From: Candidatus Velthaea sp.
Lineage (GTDB): Bacteria > Vulcanimicrobiota > Vulcanimicrobiia > Vulcanimicrobiales > Vulcanimicrobiaceae
DNA length: 64,000 nucleotides
Direction of reading: 5' to 3'
Assembly: GCA_965214935.1 (NCBI GenBank)
Contig: CBDCCS010000022.1
Span: 320,001-384,000 of the forward strand
Position numbers and translations under genes: made by a program
Part shown: positions 37,661 through 46,305 of the stretch, one piece after another
Position numbering within the stretch: the stretch's first letter is position 1
How the letters are laid out: every line of letters begins with the position of its first letter
The notes under the pieces: model-generated
Seen by the model: the letters and a program-made list of their open reading frames with translations, nothing else
Told to the model about the DNA's origin: nothing
Database searches by the model: none

Positions 37661-38456
37661 GATGCGCGCCCCGACTCGCCCCGACCGCCGCGTCAACAGA
37701 ACGCGGGCACTGCTGCTCGCCTCCTTCGATCGTCTCTTCTTGACGCGCGGCTATAACGACGTTCGCGTGCGCGGCCTTACCGCGAACGCCGACGTCGGCC
37801 GCTCGACCTTTTACGAGCATTTCGAGGGCAAGGAAGAGCTGCTCGAACACAGCGTCGCGCGGGTGATGACGCAGCTCGCCGCGACGACGGCAAGCGGTGC
37901 GTTCGAAGATGCGTTGATCCACGTTTGCACGCAACGCTCGCTCGCAGGCGAACTCATGCAAGGCTCGGCCCGGGCAATCGTCGTGCGCGTGCTTGCCCGC
38001 AAACTCGAAGCTTATCTTACGGACGATGCCCGACGTTCCGCTGCCGTGCCGATCGCTCCGCTGCCGTTTCTCGCCGTATCGCTAGCGCACGCGCAGCTTG
38101 AAGCAGTCGACGCGTGGCTGAGCGACGACGGTTCGTGTGATGCGCGAACCGCCGCACCCGTGTTGAAGGCACCACACGTGCTGCCGTGGCAGCAATGTTT
38201 CACGCGAGCGGCTGGCGCCGACGCAAGCGGTTCCGTCACGGCGTCATTACGCGCCGGCGTACCCGGTATGCGCGACTGCATGACGACCGTCCGATCGCGA
38301 GCCGTCAACAGTCGACCCGACGCTCGACGACTCCTGGGCCGCCGCCTGCGTTCGATGCGCGACGTCCTTGGTGCGATGCTAGCGCCTGCGGCCGGCCGGA
38401 CCATCGCCGCTTTTGCGCAGTGCCCGGGTCCTAGGTCTCCGTTTGTCTCGGCTTGA
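37644..38456 (+). CDS. TetR-family regulator; C-terminus probably frameshifted near 38160
   Basis: DRRVNRTRALL...ANADVGRSTFYEHFEGKEELL; the last ~90 aa look like read-through. Confidence 0.75.
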   Translation: MSGEQTMRAPTRPDRRVNRTRALLLASFDRLFLTRGYNDVRVRGLTANADVGRSTFYEHFEGKEELLEHSVARVMTQLAATTASGAFEDALIHVCTQRSLAGELMQGSARAIVVRVLARKLEAYLTDDARRSAAVPIAPLPFLAVSLAHAQLEAVDAWLSDDGSCDARTAAPVLKAPHVLPWQQCFTRAAGADASGSVTASLRAGVPGMRDCMTTVRSRAVNSRPDARRLLGRRLRSMRDVLGAMLAPAAGRTIAAFAQCPGPRSPFVSA

Positions 38457-38641
38457 GCAAGAGTATCTTCAGCGGATATTGCCGGCGCCGCATCTCGAAT
38501 TGCAGGCGCTGGATCGCGATCGGGCGTGATGTCCACTGTATGTCTCGGGGGTAACGAAATCGCGGTTGAGCGTGTTGGTTTCGGCTAGAAATTACCGGCT
38601 ATTGCGCATCATTTGACGCTCGGCCCGCTCGACTACAGCGA

Positions 38642-38824
38642 CTATGATGGTCGAGATTGCCGCCGCATGCGAATCCAGCGATAGGCGAAAAAAATGTTGA
38701 GTAAACACAAGACGATCGCGATAACCGCCCACAGCGTGTCATGATTTTGAATCGCCCAAAAGCACAAGACACCAAATAAAATAGCGGTGTTTACCGGGAT
38801 GATCCAAGCTTGTTTTTTTAACAT
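38642..38824 (-). CDS. Small two-TM membrane protein
   Basis: 60 aa with two hydrophobic helices and a basic tail; TAAAAT 8 nt upstream of the ATG. Confidence 0.65.
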   Translation of the reverse strand: MLKKQAWIIPVNTAILFGVLCFWAIQNHDTLWAVIAIVLCLLNIFFAYRWIRMRRQSRPS

Positions 38825-38830
38825 TGGCGC

Positions 38831-40267
38831 TTATTTTACGACCGGAATAATGTCACTTGGTGCGAGCGGATAGATGCCGAGCGCGAACGTTGCAGCAGCG
38901 CACACGGCAACCGATATCCACGGTAAGGGGTTTGCCGAACGTTCATCGCGCACGTGCGCGAGATCGACGCGCACGAACATGGCGCGGACGATCTTAAAAT
39001 ACACGTAGACCGAGATTGCCGTCCCGGCGATTAATAACACTGCAAGCCACCAGAAACCGGCCCCCACGGAACTTGCAAGGATGAGGATCTTGCCGGTGAA
39101 GCCGGCCGTCGGCGGCAAGCCTGAAAGCGCCAGCAGGAAAAACGTCATCGCTGCCGCGAGCCACGGGCGGCGATACGCTAAGCCTGCGAAGCGCGCAATA
39201 TTCACGCTGCCGTCCGCATCCTTGGTCATCAATGCGATGACCCCAAAGGCGCCCAGATTCATAAACGTGTATGCGCCGAGATAGAACACGGCGTAGCGCA
39301 AGCCGAGCGGCGTTTGGCCCGCGAATGCGGCAACGACATAGCCGATCTGCGCGATGCCGGAATACGCCAGGAGCCGTTTCATATCGCTTTGTGCAAGTGC
39401 CGCGACGTTGCCGACGATCATCGACAACGCGGCGATGGCCCAAATCGGGGCCAAGATTGCGGTCGCCGTGGTCGGCGGAAGCGCAGCATACGCAAAGCGG
39501 CCGAGCACCGCGAGAACGCCGGCTTTGGTGACGACCGACATATACGCGGTTACCGAAAGCGGCGCGCCTTCATAGACGTCCGGCGTCCAGGCGTGAAACG
39601 GAACCATACTGAGTTTGAACGCGAGGCCGACGAAGAAAAGACCCGCGCCGATCGCTATGAGCGCCGAAGGCGGCGCTGCAGCGATCGCCGCCAACGTCAC
39701 GGAGCCGGTTCCGCCGAACAGCAACGCCATTCCGTAAAGCAAAAAGCCCGACGCCATCGACGACAGCAACAAATACTTGAGACCCGACTCGCGCGCGCCG
39801 GCGCGGATCGACATCGCACACAGACAGTAGAGGCCGAGCGACAATAATTCGAGCCCGAGGAAAACCAGCATCAAGTTGCCGGCGCCCGCCATGAGCAGCG
39901 CGCCGCACGTGCTCCAGAGCATAAGAGCCGTCGTTCCGGCGACTTGATCGTCGCGGCCGATGCCGATGCCCAGCGCAAGTGAAACAATCGTCGCGAAGAT
40001 AGCGATCGCGCTGAAAACAACGCTGAAGCCGCCGACAATGTAGGCGCCGCCGAAAGCAGCGTATGGATGACCGTATTGTTGCGCGATAAGAATGCCGCCG
40101 ATGACGAGACCCAACATTGCGATTCCGACGGCAACGACGCGCCGGTTCCGCCCGGTCGGCACGAACAGATCGACGACGAGAGCAACGAGCGCCGCAACGG
40201 CGATAATGAATGTCGGCCAGAGTGCGCCGACGTCGGCGGAGCTAACGTACGGAACTGACGACGGCAT
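38831..40267 (-). CDS. nuoN: NADH-quinone oxidoreductase subunit N
   Basis: ESGLKYLL, FKLSMVPFHAWTPDVYEGAP, KRLLAYS; operon order. Confidence 0.95.
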   Translation of the reverse strand: MPSSVPYVSSADVGALWPTFIIAVAALVALVVDLFVPTGRNRRVVAVGIAMLGLVIGGILIAQQYGHPYAAFGGAYIVGGFSVVFSAIAIFATIVSLALGIGIGRDDQVAGTTALMLWSTCGALLMAGAGNLMLVFLGLELLSLGLYCLCAMSIRAGARESGLKYLLLSSMASGFLLYGMALLFGGTGSVTLAAIAAAPPSALIAIGAGLFFVGLAFKLSMVPFHAWTPDVYEGAPLSVTAYMSVVTKAGVLAVLGRFAYAALPPTTATAILAPIWAIAALSMIVGNVAALAQSDMKRLLAYSGIAQIGYVVAAFAGQTPLGLRYAVFYLGAYTFMNLGAFGVIALMTKDADGSVNIARFAGLAYRRPWLAAAMTFFLLALSGLPPTAGFTGKILILASSVGAGFWWLAVLLIAGTAISVYVYFKIVRAMFVRVDLAHVRDERSANPLPWISVAVCAAATFALGIYPLAPSDIIPVVK

Positions 40268-41750
40268 TCAAACCTTCTTGCATGCGAGGAGCAGACGGCG
40301 GGTCGAGCAAGACGCTCGCACCGGTCAACGCGGCAGCGGCGCTTTGAGCGATTGCCGCGACCGGTGCCGGATTGATGCCCAGCAAGATAAAACCGATGAC
40401 CAGCGGCGCGATCGCCAACCCTTCGATCCAGGTGAGATCGCGGCGTTCGGGCAGATCGGCGACCTTCGGCCCATTCATGATCCCTTGAAATAGCCGCAGC
40501 ATGTACGCCGCCGCGATAACGATCGGGATCAGCGCGACGAATGCCGCACTGCCGAAGCCGGCTTGATACAAGCCGGAGAGGATCAGCAACTCGCCGGCAA
40601 AACCGGCAAGTCCCGGTAAGCCCAGCGCTGCAAGCGCAGCGAACATTAATGCTCCGCCGAGTCGCGGATTATCGTAGGCGAGCCCGCCGAGGCGGTGCAG
40701 CGACCGCGTCTCTTCGCGCTCTTCGACATAGCCGAGAACCAAAAACAGCGCGGCACTGAACAGTCCGTGCGCCACCATGTACACGATCGCACCGGCGATT
40801 GCCAGCGGACTAAAGCTGAAGATTGCGATGAGCATCAACCCGAGATGCGAAAGCGAACTGTACGCAACCACGCGTTTTGCGTCGACTTGCGTGAGCGACG
40901 TCAGTGCGCCGTACAACAAGCCGACCAGCCCGAGCACGAACATCAGCGGGATCGCCGCGTGCATCTGCGGCGCAAATAACGCTAAGCCGATGACGATAAA
41001 CCCGTAAATGCCGGCTTTTGATTGCACGCCGCCGACGACCGCCGCGACCGGCGGCGGCAATTCGGCATACGTATCGGGCATCCAGGTATGAAACGGAAAT
41101 ACCGGCGTCTTGACTAGAAACGCAAAAGCAAACCCGCTGAAGACCCAGGCTGCGAATGCCGGATCGATCGGCGGGCCGGCGTTGGGCACACCGATGACAT
41201 CCGTCGTGCCGTGCACGATGCCGAACGCAGCCGTTGCGAGCAGCAGACATAAACCACCGGCAAGATTGTAGATAAGATAACGCCAGGCCGCCGTGCGATG
41301 GCCGCGTCCGCCGGTCGCGCTGCCCCAGCCGATCATCAACAAGAACACCGGCACGAGCATGAGATCCCAAAAGAGCGCGAACAGCAGCAGATCTTTCGCC
41401 AGAAACACGCCGGTCATCGCGCCCATCAACACGAGCATCTGGGCACCGTACTCGCGCGCCCGCGTCGCGCGTAATGCAACGAGTGCACCGAACGTCGCGA
41501 GCTCTAAGAGGATGACGAGCCAATACGAGAACGGACCGAACCCAAAGTGAAACCAAGCATCGAACGGACGTGAGAGCCAGTGCACGCTATCGTCGGGCGC
41601 ATGCGCACCGCCGATCGTTACAATAAACGCCAGCGCCGCAACGCCGGCGCCGATCCACTTTGCCGTTCCATCCGCGGCTTTCGGCAGTGCGTACAGTAAT
41701 AGACCAATGAAGATCGGAGCGAGCACCAGGACGGTGACGGTGCCGTTCAT
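40242..41750 (-). CDS. nuoM: NADH-quinone oxidoreductase subunit M
   Basis: KTPVFPFHTWMPD, KRVVAYSSLSH, GLPGLAGFAGE. Confidence 0.95.
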   Translation of the reverse strand: MNGTVTVLVLAPIFIGLLLYALPKAADGTAKWIGAGVAALAFIVTIGGAHAPDDSVHWLSRPFDAWFHFGFGPFSYWLVILLELATFGALVALRATRAREYGAQMLVLMGAMTGVFLAKDLLLFALFWDLMLVPVFLLMIGWGSATGGRGHRTAAWRYLIYNLAGGLCLLLATAAFGIVHGTTDVIGVPNAGPPIDPAFAAWVFSGFAFAFLVKTPVFPFHTWMPDTYAELPPPVAAVVGGVQSKAGIYGFIVIGLALFAPQMHAAIPLMFVLGLVGLLYGALTSLTQVDAKRVVAYSSLSHLGLMLIAIFSFSPLAIAGAIVYMVAHGLFSAALFLVLGYVEEREETRSLHRLGGLAYDNPRLGGALMFAALAALGLPGLAGFAGELLILSGLYQAGFGSAAFVALIPIVIAAAYMLRLFQGIMNGPKVADLPERRDLTWIEGLAIAPLVIGFILLGINPAPVAAIAQSAAAALTGASVLLDPPSAPRMQEGLNAVVSSVR

Positions 41751-43768
41751 CGGCCGCTTCCAATCACCGCATAATACACGACGAAGCACGCGACACCGAA
41801 CATGATATACAGTGCGTAACCGCGCACGAGACCCGTCTGAAAGCTGCGGAAAAAGTGGCCGAACCAATTCATCGAATGCGCGACTTCGCGCACGCCGCCG
41901 TCAATGACGATCGGATCGACGACGTTGCCGAACAGACGGCCGAGCGCGGCGGCCGGCTTTACGAACAGCGCGTCGATCGCGGCGTCGAAATAGTACGCGT
42001 TGCCGAGCACCGGCGGCATCTTCACCGTCTCCGTGCGCAAGCGTGCGACACTGCCGCTCAGCGCCGCGGCCGTTCCATAGCGCACGTACGCCAAAGCAAT
42101 ACCGGCGGCAACGAAAACTAGCACGATCGCGCCGGACAGCAATTCGGGGATCGGTGCGGACAGCTCCGCGCCGATTTGCGCCGCTGGAAAGAGCGGCGCG
42201 AAGAACGTGCGCCACGGACTATGCTCGCCGCCGATTGCCAGCCAGCCGATACCGATTGAAAACGGAATGAGCACCGCGACCGGCGCGCTCATGATCCACG
42301 CCGGCGCATGCGCACCATGCTCTTTTCCATGCTCGTGTTCTTCGTGTTCGAGCGCAACGGGTGAACTCTGCGGAATGCCTGCCATTTCGGGATGGCGGAT
42401 GCCGAGTTCCGACGGATCGATGTTTCCGCGATATTGCCCGAAGAACGTTACAAAGAGCAAGCGGAACATATAGTATGCGGTTACACCGGCGGTAATGACG
42501 CCGATTGCGTACAACCATGGATGTCCGTGCCGCAGCGTTTCGTAGAGCACCGCATCTTTACTGAAATAGCCGCTGAAGCCGGGGATGCCGCAGATTGAGA
42601 GCACGCCGACGAGCATCGCGATAAATGCAAACGGCATTTGTTTGCGCAAGCCGCCCATGCGCCGGACGTCTTGCTCGTTGGCCAAATTGTGGATGATGAT
42701 GCCGGCGCCCAAGAAGAGTTCGGCTTTAAAAAATGCGTGGGTGAGGAAGTGCAACACGCCGGCATCGAACGCGCCGACGCCGACGCCCATGATCATGTAA
42801 CCGATTTGCGACATCGTCGAATAGGCCAGTATTCGTTTGATATCCCATTGAGCGATGCCCAGCACGGCGCCGGCGATCGCCGTGAGCGCTCCGATCGCAC
42901 CGACAAGCTCACGCGCCTCGGCCGACGCCGTCCACAACGGTGCGCAGCGAGCGATCAAATAGACTCCGGCCGTTACCATGGTCGCGGCGTGAATGAGTGC
43001 CGAAACCGGTGTCGGACCTTCCATAGCATCCGGCAGCCACGTGTGGAGCGGAACCTGCGCCGACTTTGCCGCGCAACCGACAAAGAGCGCAAAGCACACG
43101 AGAAACAACTCTTGACTGCTGAACGCATGTGTCAAATTACCGAACACGTCGCCGTACGAAATCGAGCCGACATGCGTGATGATGATCAGAACGGCAAAAA
43201 GAATGCCGACATCTCCCAAAACGTTGATGACGAACGCTTTGCGCGCGGCTGCAACCGCCGATGGCCGGTCGAACCAGAATCCGATTAGAAAGTACGACGC
43301 CAAGCCGACAAGGCCCCAGCCGACGAGTAAGCCGACGAAGTTGTCCGACAACACCAGCGTCAGCATGGCGAAAACGAAGAAGTTGAGATACGAAAAAAAC
43401 CGCGTGTACGCGCGGTCGCCGGCCATGTAACCGATCGAATAGACATGGATGAGAAAGCCGACGCCCGTGATGATCAGCGTCCACGTCAATGACAGCCGGT
43501 CGTACAGCAGTCCGAACGAAAAGCCGGGTAGCCAGGTAAACATCGCGGCATGTGCGCCGCCGAGCGGCCCGCTCGTCTGCGTCGCATCGTTCCACGACCA
43601 TAGCGCCGCGACAAACGCCGTACCGACGAGCGCTGCGCCGACCGGGCCGCCGAGCGATTTAAGTTGCGGTCCGAACGACCACAAAACGACCGCTCCGACG
43701 AGCGGCAGCAGCCAGATAAAATAGAGCAGTGGATAGCTGCCGTCGATGCCGAGTGCGTAATGCGTCAT
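41747..43768 (-). CDS. nuoL: NADH-quinone oxidoreductase subunit L
   Basis: KSAQVPLHTWLPDAMEGPTPVSALIHAATMV, THAFFKA. Confidence 0.96.
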   Translation of the reverse strand: MTHYALGIDGSYPLLYFIWLLPLVGAVVLWSFGPQLKSLGGPVGAALVGTAFVAALWSWNDATQTSGPLGGAHAAMFTWLPGFSFGLLYDRLSLTWTLIITGVGFLIHVYSIGYMAGDRAYTRFFSYLNFFVFAMLTLVLSDNFVGLLVGWGLVGLASYFLIGFWFDRPSAVAAARKAFVINVLGDVGILFAVLIIITHVGSISYGDVFGNLTHAFSSQELFLVCFALFVGCAAKSAQVPLHTWLPDAMEGPTPVSALIHAATMVTAGVYLIARCAPLWTASAEARELVGAIGALTAIAGAVLGIAQWDIKRILAYSTMSQIGYMIMGVGVGAFDAGVLHFLTHAFFKAELFLGAGIIIHNLANEQDVRRMGGLRKQMPFAFIAMLVGVLSICGIPGFSGYFSKDAVLYETLRHGHPWLYAIGVITAGVTAYYMFRLLFVTFFGQYRGNIDPSELGIRHPEMAGIPQSSPVALEHEEHEHGKEHGAHAPAWIMSAPVAVLIPFSIGIGWLAIGGEHSPWRTFFAPLFPAAQIGAELSAPIPELLSGAIVLVFVAAGIALAYVRYGTAAALSGSVARLRTETVKMPPVLGNAYYFDAAIDALFVKPAAALGRLFGNVVDPIVIDGGVREVAHSMNWFGHFFRSFQTGLVRGYALYIMFGVACFVVYYAVIGSGR

Positions 43769-44085
43769 CCGTGCAACGCCGCAATCTCGTCGACGTCGAC
43801 ATTGACCGAACGGCGGAATACGATTACCACGATCGCCAAGCCGATCGCCGCTTCGGCCGCTGCAACCGTGATAACCAGAAACGCAAAAATGTGGCCGGCG
43901 GCGTTGACCCAAGCCTTCGCAAAGGTGATCAGCGCGAGGTTTGCGGCGTTGAACATCAATTCGATGGACATGAGCATAATAAGCGGATTACGGCGCACGA
44001 TTACGCCGATAACGCCGAGGAAGAACATTACGGCCGAGAGGCCGATGTAGTTTTCGATCGGCACGGCGAACACACTGGGACTCAT
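43765..44085 (-). CDS. nuoK: NADH-quinone oxidoreductase subunit K
   Basis: RRNPLIMLMSIELM, VAAAEAAIGLA. Confidence 0.96.
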   Translation of the reverse strand: MSPSVFAVPIENYIGLSAVMFFLGVIGVIVRRNPLIMLMSIELMFNAANLALITFAKAWVNAAGHIFAFLVITVAAAEAAIGLAIVVIVFRRSVNVDVDEIAALHG

Positions 44086-44690
44086 CGCGTAAGCGGCTCC
44101 TGCGGCTTGACGATCGACTCGCGCTGACGCTTGCGCTGTCGCGAGGTGGTACGCGATGGTTCATCGTCACCGGCCAGCAGCACGACGCCGATCACGGCGA
44201 CCATCAGCAGTAAGGCCGTTACCTCGAAGGGCAGCAAGTTTTGCGTGAAGAGCACTTGGCCGAAGTTTGCCACGCTGCCGAAGACGTCGGCTTGTCCGGT
44301 CTCGCCGAGTGCACCGGTGGAGCCGGCCGCAATCGCCGGCACGGCCGGCAACGGGGCGCGCGCGACCGAGAACACGATCGTCGCCAGCGCAATGACACCG
44401 ATGATGGCGGCCGGAACGACGATCTTCGGCAGCCGGTCGGGACCGACGTCGAACGGCTTGACGCCGCTGGATAATAACGCAATAACAAATAGGAAAAGAA
44501 TCAAAATCGCGCCGCTGTAGACGACAATCTGAATGACGGCGATAAACTCGGCTTGCAGCGTGAGATACAGGATCGCAAGCGTAATAAAGTTGCCGAGCAA
44601 GCCGACGACGCTGTAAACCGGCTTTTCCGCGGTGATGACAAAGACGCCGGTTCCGATCAGAGCCAGCGCCAATAACCAGAAAGCGATCAA
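44082..44690 (-). CDS. nuoJ: NADH-quinone oxidoreductase subunit J
   Basis: AEFIAVIQIVVYSGAILILFLFV, LPFEVTALLL. Confidence 0.94.
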   Translation of the reverse strand: MIAFWLLALALIGTGVFVITAEKPVYSVVGLLGNFITLAILYLTLQAEFIAVIQIVVYSGAILILFLFVIALLSSGVKPFDVGPDRLPKIVVPAAIIGVIALATIVFSVARAPLPAVPAIAAGSTGALGETGQADVFGSVANFGQVLFTQNLLPFEVTALLLMVAVIGVVLLAGDDEPSRTTSRQRKRQRESIVKPQEPLTR

Positions 44691-45289
44691 CCGGCAAGCC
44701 CCCGGCGGTGGTCCTTGAGATATTTCCCGCGTGCCGTTGCATCGTAGCCGGTGGCTATGTCGACCGTCGACTTCGTTTGCGCGACGACGCCGAGATCCGA
44801 GGGTATCCCGTTGGGCCGCTCGTCGGGAGCCTGCCCGATGCCTTGGTCGGGCGCAACCAACAGCCGGTCCTTGGCGTAGACGAACGCTCCGCGCCGGTAG
44901 TCGGCCATCTCGAAACGCGGCGTCAACACGATTGCGTCGGTCGGACACGCTTCTTCACACAAACCGCAAAAGATGCAACGCAATTCATCGATTTCATAGC
45001 GCGCGGCGTAGCGTTCGCCGGGTGAACGGCGATCTTCGGGACTGTTCTCGGCGCCGATCACCGTAATGGCATTCGCCGGGCAAGCGATCGCGCACAGCTC
45101 GCACCCGATGCAGCGCTCTTTGCCGTCGGCGTAGCGCCGCAATTCGTGCAGGCCGTGAAAGCGCGGTGCATGTTGCTTGGTAACCGACGGATATTCAATG
45201 GTCGGCTTCTTATAAAAAAAATACGAAAACGTGGTGCGGAAGCCGGTAAAGAGCGCACCGACATTAAAGAGATTTTTGCGCATGGTCAT
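44687..45289 (-). CDS. nuoI: NADH-quinone oxidoreductase subunit I
   Basis: Two CxxCxxCxxxCP motifs (CIGCELCAIACP, CIFCGLCEEACP). Confidence 0.96.
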   Translation of the reverse strand: MTMRKNLFNVGALFTGFRTTFSYFFYKKPTIEYPSVTKQHAPRFHGLHELRRYADGKERCIGCELCAIACPANAITVIGAENSPEDRRSPGERYAARYEIDELRCIFCGLCEEACPTDAIVLTPRFEMADYRRGAFVYAKDRLLVAPDQGIGQAPDERPNGIPSDLGVVAQTKSTVDIATGYDATARGKYLKDHRRGLAG

Positions 45290-46302
45290 CCGTTCGTAGG
45301 CCAAAATGCGACGACGACGGCCGTCAGCACGAGATTGAGCGTAGCTGCTGGCAACAGTATCTTCCAGCCGAAGTCCATTAAACGATCGTAACGGAACCGC
45401 GGCAGCGTCGTCCGCAGCCAAATGTAAAAGAATAAAAACGCCCCGGCTTTGAGCAAGAACCAAATTAAGCCGGGAATAAACGCTAAACCGAATAGTGCGT
45501 TCCATCCGCCCAGAAACAGCAGCGTGGCAAGGCACGAAACCGTAATCATATTCAAGTACTCGGCAATGAAAAATAAGCCGAAGCGCAGGCCCGAGTATTC
45601 GGTATGAAAGCCACCGACAAGTTCGGTTTCTGCTTCGACCAGATCGAACGGTGCGCGGTTGGTTTCAGCGACTGCGGTGATGATGTAGATGATGAAGCCG
45701 AGCAATTGGGGAATGATAAACCAGATCCGGTATTGCGCGTGCACGATGCCCATAAGCGATGTCGTTCCGGCGAGAATTAACACGCCGATCACCGACATCG
45801 TCATCGACAACTCATAGCTGATCATCTGCGCGGTCGCACGGACGCTACCGAGCAGCGGGAACTTCGAGCCCGATGCCCAGCCCGCCAGCGAGATGCCGTA
45901 AATGCCGATCGATGTCAGCGCGAACACGAATAAAATGCCGGCGTTCACGTCGCCGATCGAGCCGAAGAACCCGCCGCCGGTCGGTTCGGCGAAGGGGATG
46001 ACGGCAAAAACGCCCATCGCGGTGATGAGCGAAATAAAGGGTGCAAGTTTATAGATCAGCGGATCGGCGGTTCGCGGTGTAAGATCTTCTTTGAACATCA
46101 TTTTGACGGCGTCGGCTGCGGGTTGAAGCATGCCCCACGGCCCGACGCGATTCGGTCCGGGGCGCAATTGCATCCAGCCCATGATTTTGCGCTCGAATAG
46201 CATCGAATAGGCAAACGTTGTAATAACGATGCCCAGCACGATGCCGGACTTGATCAAAACAATCAGCCAAAATGGGACGGCCGACGTCAGCGCGGCATCC
46301 AT
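45286..46302 (-). CDS. nuoH: NADH-quinone oxidoreductase subunit H
   Basis: RPGPNRVG, QMISYE, AETNRAPFDLVEAETEL, PRFRYD. Confidence 0.97.
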   Translation of the reverse strand: MDAALTSAVPFWLIVLIKSGIVLGIVITTFAYSMLFERKIMGWMQLRPGPNRVGPWGMLQPAADAVKMMFKEDLTPRTADPLIYKLAPFISLITAMGVFAVIPFAEPTGGGFFGSIGDVNAGILFVFALTSIGIYGISLAGWASGSKFPLLGSVRATAQMISYELSMTMSVIGVLILAGTTSLMGIVHAQYRIWFIIPQLLGFIIYIITAVAETNRAPFDLVEAETELVGGFHTEYSGLRFGLFFIAEYLNMITVSCLATLLFLGGWNALFGLAFIPGLIWFLLKAGAFLFFYIWLRTTLPRFRYDRLMDFGWKILLPAATLNLVLTAVVVAFWPTNG

Positions 46303-46305
46303 CTT

